A stretch of 64,000 nucleotides of DNA from Halocafeteria seosinensis (lineage: Eukaryota), in NCBI GenBank assembly GCA_001687465.1, contig LVLI01000006.1:124001-188000 (forward strand), in the 5' to 3' direction. Positions 27,201 through 37,902 of the stretch are shown piece by piece. The notes beneath the pieces are model-generated. The model was given only the letters and a program-made list of their open reading frames with translations. It was not told where the DNA came from and ran no database searches. Every line of letters begins with the position of its first letter. Positions within the stretch are counted from its first letter, which is position 1. The position numbers and the translations under genes are program-made.

Positions 27201-27324
27201 TGCCTCCAGAAGAAGGCCCCCAAAGACCAGCCGTGCTTCGTGAACCTGGTAACTTCACGGCGGTTCCATCCTCCACAAGCGCCCTGTATGTCACCCTCCT
27301 AAGCATTTTATGGCTCGCCCACAT
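24202..27324 (-). CDS. Organelle-targeted PPR-like helical-repeat protein with possible C-terminal SMR-like domain
   Basis: Arg-rich presequence; PPR-like units (LLGAAVKCGDINLAHKVFEDAK; ALIRATCEAGEPEDSLRYFEEF; ALLWGCAHTKRPDTVFEIM; SWLSLLNAAG) followed by LYVSGLS...VSIYC. Intronless 1040 aa. Confidence 0.6.
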   Translation of the reverse strand: MWASHKMLRRVTYRALVEDGTAVKLPGSRSTAGLWGPSSGGIRSCIRCHHQRITGTRWENAAAKERGRICAVQHGRSTRRPQVTQRQYSSGANATYTEDDLVRAIRSQVPRTSGSVSSECPTEVISVAREIDTPSSRVLLLGAAVKCGDINLAHKVFEDAKERNEITDTHIAGLTRAYVSIKNPWKAVEALSECGGIQQSLTMFTRIRREILELCCEMHDSSETPEHGAAQTTKRELKRLMVTLIPELLPVYNECGFGVLHITKEHDVSSELRKIDRLLSSKVVPQNNEDSKETIVRRFADAVAAFSKKNEHLRQYVARKQADETDVNILPYIFSANLLLEAAFSETSGIRLPNTGFPAMEKITKASYDTQRSWTTVWFRWCAVTGEGTEAVSMFSRMLYGVGRPVLLGCDVVSLAIACTKEHNVDAVFRATELIKAWAERKSHEVTNGLTSAGNSATISTGEILFRRAPRCALSVTINWLLRYQRSYGLSSTLSLIESIQSLPQPKELSAPFYDSVIATLAENRDFPNLIGVVKNLAVNNLLCTPRAVEYVLRERKRELSEYQSSLVPQRERQESLPLNSYNIELVKKENNGHLVPGSKHVEDTRLSVSQWRQLFRSMIRLCKDPLNERGAALSSELSYPDQVNASGEQLPQGHYRYLRSLEKELRESGEDGEEGISVKRTVLESLGIDELPANLDVMEYAATPDSETGSQGDLVALIRATCEAGEPEDSLRYFEEFERLGSDVPVVALEALLWGCAHTKRPDTVFEIMRATGDMNIPLSSNQIDALVSCCVNNNSIETGKNVILKGLNAGCPPSEYSWLSLLNAAGDLYAVDSVNEILDLGLDNEVDVTNAVIGRVQEGILYVSGLSPNTTTCVLWDFLRRLRRDAKTGKPVPQTVSIYCPFKLRHHVRSILESVDSSLVPEFAHGKTRDETIVMVPQEHITEWLTKPTGHEEEDELQTAALPQRLQKNAPRRVGLKADQHILKSSSSLARASDTSPEVSSTTSSAFEQEEFLRWKQQWDIKRAHDRISRRRHQEQQQ

Positions 27325-27639
27325 ACTTTCCTGGTTACCGCATCATCTACATTCCTGTGTATACCATCTCTGTTGTCAAATACCGCCTCTCCAAGCTACT
27401 GTCGGAGTCGGACCCTTTCAAGTCCAACATATGTTTGTCTGATTCGGAGAACACTTTGTCGTTGCTCACTGTAATACAGTAGTTCTCTGGATGATTTGGT
27501 GCTTATATGTGAATGATTGGATAGTGAATAAAATCTTTAGGAATCGGGTGCGAGCGTATGTGTGCAGAACAAAGGAGGAAAAGAGACAAGGGGTGGTTGA
27601 AGTGAAGGAGCAGTTAGAAACAAGGCTTTATATTGAGCC

Positions 27640-28492
27640 ATGGGCTGCAGCTTATCCAGCCCATCGAATGGGGACGATGGCGCTAACGACATCAATGTCC
27701 TTGACGGAAATTTAGGAACCTCAGGGGGCAGTTCGAAGGAACAATTATGGTTTAAAGTGGCTCTCATCGGGGATAAAGCGGTAGGGAAATCATGGTACGT
27801 GTTCCATGCAAGTGTAGGTGAATAGGAAGAACCCACTGTTATTCGCCGCCATGCAGTATGATTTATCGGCTGATGAAAAATCATTTTCCGGAAAGGTCAC
27901 AGTCTACTATAGGTAAGTACATGATCAGGAGAGATTCGGCTGTGTGGACGTTGAATTCCTCCGGGAGTATCTTGCGATTAACAACAGGGGCGGCATTTAA
28001 CGCGAAAGATACAGTGGTCAGAGACCAACAGGGAAATAGGAGGTCTGTTAAGCTTCATTTATGGGATACAGCTGGGGAGGAATTATATCGGTCCATGACA
28101 AAGAGCTTTATCAGAAACTCAGGGGCAGCAGTACTCGTGTTTGATGTTTCTCGAAAGGATAGCTTCGAAAGTGCGGACTATTGGCTAAAAACATTTCGAG
28201 AAGACAATCCTCGCAGTTATGTGCTTCTCGTTGGGAATAAAGTAAGTTGTGAGCAACCATTACTTCCAATACTTGAATCTAATATGCATTTTCCCTGCTC
28301 TCTCAGACGGATTGCCATAGAAAAGTGTCTGCCGAGGAAGCGCGGCATTTTGTAGATTCACATAAGAAAGAACTAAAGGAAGATGGTGCCGATATAGCTT
28401 ACATGGAATGCAGTGCCAAGACAGGCTTCAACATAAGCGAAGTATTCGAATTCTTGGCAGAACAGTTGTATCATCATAATACATTATCTTGA
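27640..28492 (+). CDS. Rab5-like small GTPase with N-terminal MGC and no C-terminal Cys, 4 exons (216 aa)
   Basis: Exons 27640-27794, 27857-27912, 27988-28241, 28307-28492: GDKAVGKS, STIGAAF, WDTAGEE, GNKTD, ECSAK. Confidence 0.88.
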
Positions 28493-29051
28493 GTTTGTAA
28501 GAACGAGGTCCATAGGTGCGGGGTCGTTGAAGCTTTCTCTGGGTATACCTTTTGCGATCAAAGTTTGTATATAGAGCATCTATAGGCACCCACTCCCCTC
28601 GCGTACCTTGTAACTTGCTGCTGCGACTGTCAGTCGGAGCACTTCGTGTCGAAACTGGATTTCTCCGAACAAAGCTAGTTTCTTCCTCTAGTTCCTTTCT
28701 CTCCCCTTTATCGTTTCAGTTGTTGGTCATCATCCTCAGAGAATGATACTCCTTCCACTCCCTTCGTTCAACGAGTTTCGTTGTCCAGGGCCTGAACTTC
28801 TTCCAACTACGGATATGGGTTTTCTTTTGTGAATTCAAATTGGCGACGTTGAAGTTCGGGCCTTTCCCAGATAATATGACGGATGCTTCGGATACAGAGA
28901 TATTGTTACCAGTAGGCACCTTAAAGTGTGTGTTCTGTAAATGTGGTGTAGTGCGCTGAGTGGCATTGAAGCGGGTGAAAGGCGTGGTTTTATATCCCAA
29001 ACAGCGCTTTTGACTGCATTGTATTCATTCATGAGGTCTTTCTAGCTGATA

Positions 29052-32000
29052 ATGGACGTTATGAGAAAGACAATTAGTCGCGCCCCCTCGGGCTATGGGC
29101 GCTTGGGTCCACAGTCAGCAGTTGGAAGCTCATCAGCGCCGTGGAAAAGTGGACGTGGTTCGGGATCCCAGAGAAGCCACTTAACGGCTTTTGAACCCCC
29201 TGGAAGTGCCCCGGATTGGGACGAGAATCAAGCCAAGGAATACAGTCGCTTTGAGTTTTCAGTGTTTCGGCAATATTTTTATGGGAACTATGGCTGGTTT
29301 CCTACGCTAATTCAGGCGCGAGAATTGAAAAATGTCTTTGTGAAATTTGACCCCTCACTAAAGGGAACAATTCCTGAAGACAAACTTAAGGATGTTTTGT
29401 CTCGTTTGGAACCTGCCGAAAACCGCCCTCTACCTTTCGATGTAAGTCATTCAAAGTCATGCATTAAATGTGTCGACCAGGGTAAATGCGCACAGCTTAC
29501 CGTTGTTGAATCCCGATTGTCCAGGAGATTGTTCGTCAATTCGAAGAGTCCTCGGTGAAATATCACGGAGAAGGTGAAACTGTACTCCTATGGCCTTTGC
29601 TTCTCCGAGCGATGACTTTCGAGGATCAGAAAGTGTAAGCCACCAGTCCAATCGCAGACTGTGGAGCATTGCTCTCGAGCTGATTGACTTAGCTGCTACA
29701 CAGAGAGGATACCGTCTGTCTATTGAGATATGATGTTAGGCAGCGCATCGAGGAAGATCAAAGTTATATTAGACGCTTCGATAAGGTTTTGAGAAAGCTC
29801 CAACACAACGATGCCAAAGTAGGAACGGAAAATGGGTTGAAACGCTTCTTCTTGGAGGAGCTTCTGCTAGCTCCAGACAGAACAGTATGTTGTGATGCGT
29901 TGAGACTAGCTAATCGATCTCCACTCAGTCCATTTTGTACTTATTTGCAGGAAGTAGCTGCCCTTTTTACTTATTTGAACGACCAACGAACACTTTGTTC
30001 CAAAAACGGTCAAGATATGCAACAGAATACCGTTCAGATGCTTGCATTATTGCTCGAAACTTTTATAAAAGACATCGTCGACGGATTGAGAAAGGACACA
30101 GATTCGAGGACAACGCATGCGGAAGCTGAGGGTAAGACCGGCTCATACGCACATCCTCAACAAATGCCTTTCGCCAAAATATGAATCTTTCATGTTGCTT
30201 CCGTCACAGCTAGGGATGATCCGAAAGGATCCGCAGTGGAGAGTGAAAGTAAGTTAATGATTCTCTTTGTTGCGCTGTCCTGAACCCTTAGAGAGTGCGA
30301 TATCCTTGAACAGGTGGTTTGGGAGCCCGAACGAAGAACGTTCGGTTCCGCTCGAAGAGCATCATTACAAATCTGCGACTGTCGACAAAAGAGAACCTTT
30401 CTACATGGGAAGAGGAGGGATATGAACGCGTCCCCTCCGTTTTTCCTGGCGCTGAGGAAATGTTTGGGTCTCTATCTGCAGCTTTTAAGGGTAGTGAAAA
30501 TCTGCTTTCGAGTCATGCACCTGATGAACAGCACCTGTCTGCTTCTAGTGCTTCGTTGAACTTTGGAGGAGACGGCGATCACTATTTCTTGATAACGAAG
30601 AAGAAGGAAATCGACGAGGAAAAAAACGAGAGTGGAGTTGTAGATGTAGTTCTCTCAGACACCTACGAAGACGAGACCGCTGGAAAGGACGGATACGAGT
30701 GCTTGACTACGAACACGAATGAGGCATCATCCACAGGTGCACCTCGATATCTTTGGGTTAAAAACGGTGTGAAACATCGTATTTGCGATGTCGTTGTACA
30801 GGTCATACCGTTGGAGGAAAGAGAAAAAGATGCACATGTTGATCAAGCTTCTGAGCGACTACGTCAACTGCTACGTCGCCAGGGTTTCCAAGATGTAATT
30901 GGGGACTTGAATTCAGGTAATGGCAAATTTAGTATCTTTCTATTTGTCAAGTACGAAACAGACGAGAGGGCCAGACTTCCGGACAGAAACAGGACAGTTC
31001 GTCTTTCCTCTATACAACAGAGAACCTTATGTCGCATATCTGACAGAATAAATGAGAGCAAGTGGGATATCCAGGGTCGTATGCTGAAAACTTTGAGCGA
31101 ATGTGATAGGGGTGTTGTTCAGACTCTCGTTAATGACAAAGAGATGCTGAAAATGCGCAAAGATGCAGCGAGAGCCCTCTTCCCCGAGGAAAATACCGCC
31201 GAAGTTGTTTGCGCTAGTGGTCTAATGCTGGCTTGTCAGCTCTTTGTGGAATGTGTTTTCGCTTATTTCGAGAAAGATGCGGGAGGTATCAAGTCCCAGA
31301 AACGGGCTCTGCTTGAGTTTTTGTGCAGAAGGCGTAATATCGAAGTTCAATGGCGGCAACATCTGATTAACATTCGGTCAGTCGATACACCGGATGCCAA
31401 ATACAGAGAACTTATTAGCACTGCAGGGAAAGATGATTTAGTGAAAATGGACCTTTTGCTGGTCGTTTTGAGAGGAGTGCCATTTTGGTCATTTCAGGCT
31501 ACTTGTCATGATCGTTTTGGTGTATCTGTGTGCGATACTGTGCATACAAAGACAGTAGCGGACACTAAGAAATATTCGCGTCCGTCCTACACGATGCAAC
31601 TTGCTGCTGCTGTAATGGAGACTATCCAAGCTCTTCTAGACGAGCAGTGGGACATCGATTATATTATTCAACACGCACAGCGCTTCCTTGGGAACAGTGC
31701 AACTAGACAGAAGAATATGACAATCAAACAAGCGAAGTGCAGTGAGCAAAAAGACTCCCAGGGAGAAGATGTTTGGACTTGTGAAAGCCGGTTCAGTGAA
31801 CCCTCAAAGGGGGCTGTACAACTTATGCGCTCAGAGGATCTTATGGACGTTTGCAAGCGATGCCACTCCCTTTTTTCTTTAACTCTCTCAAGTTTTGAAG
31901 AGAAGTGGATCACAGGAAAACAATTAGCTGACCTAGTAAATTTTGCTTCTTCGCTAGCTCTTGATTCCGTATGTGGGACCAAATCGTCTCCTGTGTGCAG

Positions 32001-35000
32001 CTCTTCTCGCATTCGAAATGCAGGACTCCAAATACTGGTCTCCCGTTTGCAGCAAAAGAACCTAGACAGTATATCTCACATCGATGATAAATGGCCAAGC
32101 CTCTGCAAACATTTTTCAAAAGCTGAGCTAAGAAGTGTTGTGCGGCTTTTTGGTGTAAGCTGGAATCCGTTTGTCAAGTCGTCGTTGTCCGAGATCGAGA
32201 ATGAAGCCGTAATGTCGTATTCCGCGCTTGCTGACAAATGCCAAACGTTTCCGGTATTCCAACTTTTTTTAGCGAATTGCACTTTCTTCCAGCAAGAATT
32301 TCATGTGGCGAATATCAAAGTACTGCTGCTCTCCTGCCGAGGGCGTTCGGAAAAAACGTTTGGCGAAATTCTATGCCAATGGAAAGACCTAAATCCTGAC
32401 CACGTACTATTTCCGTGCAAATTTGCGGCTGTAAGCAGTCTTGTGGCAACACTTCGGAGCAAAATGGAGGAATCCTCCAATCTTCTTGTTGGCATCCGCT
32501 ATCTAGACATCAACAAGATTGTGCAAGACGCTTTGTGCTTTAAGCTTATGCGATACATTCAAAAATCACCAAATTCTGGCAGAACGATAACCGTGTTGAC
32601 TCTGTCTGATGTTTTATGTTGGTTGCGAAACTGGTGGATGGATACCAAGCACCTCCCAGCGAAATATAGTGCGAACCTGGAGCATTTTTTCCTCCGACTC
32701 CCTGAAAAATTGAAGGATGAGTCTCCAGAAGAATGGATAGATGCAATGGATGAGGAAGCATTAGATCATAAGATTGGGTCGTCCGAAGTGGATATGACGA
32801 ACTTGGAGAGAATCAATTCCTCCTTCGAATCGTTTGTGGTGAAGCCAAGCGAAAAGGAATCACTCTTGGAGGCGAAGTGCTTGGTAACAGAGGGACCGAC
32901 GTATTTTCCTCTGGGTTCCGTGTACGTTGATGCACGTCCAATCTTCGAAAAATTGGGCGATCGTTCACGAAGCTATTTCCCACTTAGTTTAAGTGTTGTT
33001 GTCCGTGAAGACAAAAATAGCTATCTTGTTCCGGCGTCCATTTCAATCGCAGACTTTATTCTAGTCTCGCAGCTAAGAATTGGGCTTCAGAGCCTCTTAA
33101 GTAAGAGGGCCACGTTGAGCACTGACCTACTGGGGGGTTGGAAGAAAACTGACGTCTTTGAGCTAGAAAGGCTTTTGAAAACAGAGTCGGAGTCCATGCA
33201 CGAGGACGAAGATGATGATGCAAGCGGTTCCGAGGAGGCAGATGCCAGCAGCCGTTCAGACCACACGGATGAAGAGGAGCCATCTTCGGGCCGAAAATGG
33301 TCAGCGTCGGCAAACGATTCTGAGGAATCGTCTACAAGCTCTTGTAACAGTGCCCCGGGAGATGCAAGATCTCTAACTGTAATTTGCGGTATTAAGAAGA
33401 GAAAAGAGGCCCATTCTACTGATGTCATCTCGGGGGCAGATCCAATAACGAAGCGACTTGAAGTAAAGGGGGAGTCAGTAGAGGAGCTACGTCGCAAGCG
33501 GAGAGTTACATTGATAACGGGACTGTCCATTGATGGCGAAAAGGCACCGAGTAAGAAATCGAGATATGAAAAAATTATTTCCCTGGATGACTCTCATTAT
33601 CTTCGCGCGAAACACACGGACGCCAAGCTGTCGAGACAGGAAGACGGTTTAGAAAAATTCCAAATGGCTGTGAGCAAGGTGAAAATAGAGCATACTAAAT
33701 TGAAGGACGTGAAGCGACACGGTTCTGGTAACGTCGGCGTGGATAAGCTTGTCGAGAGAACACGTCCAAAGGCGGAATACTTGCAGATAAAAATGGGGTT
33801 CAAAGTTGTGCAGACTCTGCGGGTAAAGTGGACTCTGGCCGACTACTATCTGGACGAGAGTAGAAGGATACGTAGTGTGTGGATGTTACAACCGCTATCA
33901 TACATTGAGACTAAGAGCCTGAGAGAGTGGCTCCGGGGAGAACTTACCATCACCTTTTTGTCAAGAGAGGGCCACTTTGCTCGGAGAGATGAAGAAGAAG
34001 CGGAAGGCATTGAGGAAGACGCCAACATTCGTTTTGATACTATACGAGTGCCGCAGGGAATCTTGAGCTGTAGTAAAAAGCTCCATGAATTCTATGAAAT
34101 GTGGTCCAAGGGAGGGCCCGTGGTTTCCTCCCCTATAGATGCGGTATTCCATTCCCGGGATCAAGTGGATGGACTTGGTTGGGTAACTGTCCAGGACTTC
34201 CGACATGTAATGGATAGAGAGATTCCGGATTTTCTACAAAAGTCTAGCTACTCACTTCCTGTGGAACTAGAAGACCTGGATACCCTCGAGAAGTGGCTCC
34301 GTTGTCCAATGGTATGCCTTAAACGGACGACAGGACGTACGCGTGAGACGCTAATTGATTACTGGCTGTTCTGTATGATGCTGATGCAACCGGCTTCTCA
34401 GTATCGAACACTGGCCATAATAGCTGGTATTCGAAGATGCTTTTTGTCCAATTTTGGTTCTTCAAAAGGTGCACTCGCGAGAAGGGCTTGTGACTTCTTT
34501 CAAATTTTCTCGCGCGACACATCGGGAAGAATAAGGGTTGACCAACTTCATAAAGGCTTCAAGCGCGAACTTAAGATCGATGTGACCGTCGGTACTCTAC
34601 GAGATATCCTATCGGTATTGAGAGTTTACGTTGATGTACATGATGAAGTCGATTATACCGTCCTCCTAATGCGCCTGTTCGGCAAACACTGCCTCAAAGA
34701 GTCTCTTTCAATCGGTAACCATCACCGGCTCCGTCGAGTGAAGAAGCATTTGAGACGGGCGGCACGGAGCTCCCACCTAGAGAGACTGCAAATTAAAGCA
34801 CTATGGAAACAACTTGTGGGAAATCGTGAAAGCTACGGAATAAACCATTTGATCAAGCGGATTCAAGAAGAAATTCCCCTACTGGCGAGTATGGACAGCT
34901 CGGAAGCCCTGGCGCTAAAAAAAGAGTTGGATGCAAATGGCGACCGTAACACGTCGTTCAAAGACTTTGATAGATTACTACAGCTGGATTCCTTCGACCA

Positions 35001-36048
35001 GGAGCGAATCAAACACCAATTCCGCTCACACTTTTCCACAGTGTTTGCCCATGATGCTCAAGATGCGCGTGAGTTGGTGGAGACATTCTGTTCAAGGAAT
35101 AGCACAGGGGAGGCTAGGGAGACACTCAGTGTTCGCGAGTTCATTATGCTTTCCAGAGAAGTTGGAATTCCAGTAAGCGCAACCGATATTTCTCTCTGTG
35201 CTGAACTATTTCAAGAAGAATCTTCGGAGCAATCCACAGAAGAGATACGAGTCAAGTCTTTAGAATTCATGTTGTGGGGTTTGTCGCATTTCGGGGTAGA
35301 AGATATGATGGAATTATCCGAGAAAGTAGAGGATAACATAGAATTGCATGAAACTCATCCAAAAGCAGAACACAAAGCAGAGCTGCAGTCGAAATCACCC
35401 GCTTCGGAGAGTGCTGCTACAATGCAAGAAGCGCACCTGGAGACCTCAACGTCAGACGAGCGAGTTTCATCCCCCGTGTCTACTTCTGCAGCGGAAACGG
35501 CCGGTCGAACGGCGTTAGCCGCGAGTGTTCATCCAGATGCCATATCGCCAGACTCAGTCGAGGAACTTGAAAGGATTGGGAGCTCTCGAAGGCAAACTGA
35601 GCAACCTCAGCTTGAAAGTTTAGTCCCCTTTTTCCACAAGGGACGTTCACAGAAACAAGCTGACGAGGCAGTTCACAAGCGGTCACAGGAGGTATACTCT
35701 TCCCATGGAACATGGATATGTAATGTGTGCGCCTACAGGAATACGAACTGGTGCGTTAGCTGCTACATGTGCGCAAACCCTCGCAACTCTGGGGAAACAA
35801 GTCTTTCTCCTGAAGAGGAAGCATACTGGATCGCAGAGACAGGCAATTGGTGGGTCGACCAAGTTGACAAAACCCTGTCTTCAGGAGACAAAGAGAACCA
35901 AACCGTCCTCGTTAGGCGTGGAAGCGACCCCCAGAAAGAGCATGAGCACACCACTCAGGCCCGCGCGCCATCGTCAAGGCCTTCCAATGTGCAGTCGTTC
36001 AATTGGCGCGGTGACCCACTACAACGCCCTCCAGGCATGCTACAGTAA
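29052..36048 (+). CDS. Large multidomain protein: EF-hand-like motifs, MABP-like repeats, C-terminal RanBP2-type zinc finger
   Basis: Several short 5' exons then a 5.7-kb exon. FDPSLKGTI, FSRDTSGRI and LDANGDRNTSFKDF are EF-like; GYECLTTNTN..RYLWVK and GFQDVIGDLNSG..IFLFVK are MABP-like; WICNVCAYRNTNWCVSCYMCANPR is a RanBP2 finger. Joining of the 5' exons is inferred. Confidence 0.65.
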
Positions 36049-36095
36049 TAAAACAGGTGTTTCTTCGTCCTACACCCCTCCTGTACCCTCTTCCA

Positions 36096-37592
36096 TTATT
36101 CCGCTCCTCCCCATTTCTGTATTCCATCGTCATTTTCGACAGCGCTTTCACTATCAGCATTGTCGTTGCGATGTTGAGGGGAGCCATTCGAACCCAGGCT
36201 CAATGATCGAGATCTGCTTCTTGATGGTCTTTCTTTATCTGATCTTTCATCCTCTTTCTTGCCCCGTTTCATCGTCTTTTTTCTGCGCTCTGCTGACCGG
36301 GACTTCCTGCCACGGTCTCGTTTCCGTTCAGAAGAGCGAGATCTTCGACGCCTTCGTGGAGGTGTTCGTGACCGCTCCTGTCGTCTTCTTTTGTTCCCAT
36401 ACGAACGTGGAGGATGTTTCTGATGCCTAGCAGCAGAGTCGGCAGTGAGACCTCGCCCCTTGACAATTCTCCCTTTCGAGTCTTTCCTTGTTTGCTCCCG
36501 ACTGTATGCCGGAGCTTTCCCACGCTTATTTTCGTCTCTAAGCCTATCCAACCACTTAGGTTTATCGTCACCAAAGTCGGGCAGCGATTTTACAGTAGGC
36601 GAAAATTCAGAATTCTCCTCTTCATCTGATCCCGTGTCAGAGGAAGAGTCGTCGTCACTTCCGGTCCCGCTGCTACTACTGCTGCTGCTGCTTGAGTCAC
36701 TGCCAGAAGAGCTCCCGCTGCCACTATCACTATCACTCCCTCGGTCGCTACCAGTGTCTGAACTCGAGTCGCTACTATCGCTGCCACTTTCACTACCGCT
36801 TTCAGACTGACTACTATGCTTTCGTTTCTTATCGCTCCTGTCACCCTTATTCCCCTTGGCTTTTCTCCTATCCCCTGCTTCTTTACGGGAAGTCTTAGAC
36901 GTGCTGGATCCAACAGAAGCTGATAGTTCGCCACAATCAGTAATGCGCGGAGGTTCCTTCGGGTAATCCGCTTCCACGGTCTCGAGGTTTTCTAGTTCTT
37001 TGATGAATTCCATCCCTGCAAGGCAACGAATAAGCGCAAGCGTCAAAAGACTACAACCCAGCACAGATGACACGTACCGCTGATGACCTGTCCAAACACC
37101 ACATGCTTACCGTCCAACCAAGGGCAGGGTACGAGCGTGATAAAAAATTGGCTCCCATTCGTACCAGGTCCAGCATTGGCCATGGACAATAATCCTGGCT
37201 TATCGTGTTTCAGTGCAAAGCTTTCATCTTCAAATTTGCCTCCGTAAATACTCTCTCCTCCGCGGCCTCGTTTGTGTTCAATGTCGCCTCCTTGCACCAT
37301 GAACTGGGGGATGATCCTATGGAAAAAAGTCCCCTTATAGTGCAGGTTGGCACCTGTAGCGGACCCTTTACCCTTCTCTCCAGTGCATAATGCTCGGAAA
37401 TTCTCAGCTGTTCGAGGCACTTGGGAATTGAATAGCAGGCATTCGACACGCTCTGTGCAACCATATACATTGTGTGAGTAAGTACATACATGCTCAGGAC
37501 ATTCATGCACACGTACCATGTCGTGTGGAGGTGCTAATGTCCATATACACCACCACATTGTCCCCAGACGCTGTTTCGTTGGAAGGAGGCAT
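36096..37592 (-). CDS. Cyclophilin with Ser/Asp-rich and RS-rich tail (PPIG/CYP63-like), 3 exons
   Basis: [61 protein letters not shown], then SSDS-rich and RSRS-rich regions. Exon 1 [20 protein letters not shown]. Confidence 0.93.
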
Positions 37593-37691
37593 TATACAGC
37601 ATTCATACACACAGTTTATTTAATACTCAAGTATACATATATTTGCTTGGATAATTAAGTTACATGTACATGCGTTTGTGTATCTGTCAAA

Positions 37692-37864
37692 TCCATCGAC
37701 GAAGCTGGAGTATCCTCATCAAGACCGACTGTACCACAAGGTCTTGCACTGCAAAGTTTTAGGACTTAGGACCCTAGGGAAGTCTTAGGTGATACAATAA
37801 ATAGTGCAGTCTTCAATTTCTGAAACAGGGACTCCAACTTGGGGTGCCCTCTTGTTGGAGTCCC
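37692..37864 (+). ncRNA. Candidate structured RNA (hairpins, Sm-like site, terminal hairpin)
   Basis: Stems 37720-26/37740-46, 37748-53/37805-10, 37758-67/37780-89 (G-U pairs), AATTTCTG at 37815-22, and a perfect 11-bp stem 37828-38/37854-64. No family match recognised. Confidence 0.3.
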
Positions 37865-37902
37865 AGGGTATCAGTGTCCTACATGTATGGGGAGCATCTT
37901 TA

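Noticed and set aside
28430..29000. Minus-strand frame with a single in-frame TGA at 28716-28718 (readthrough or Sec?)
   Set aside because: No recognisable protein on either side and no redox context; likely spurious.
37757..37789. Telomeric repeats or telomerase template (TAGG x4)
   Set aside because: Irregular spacing and no 1.5-repeat template; better explained as arms of a hairpin.
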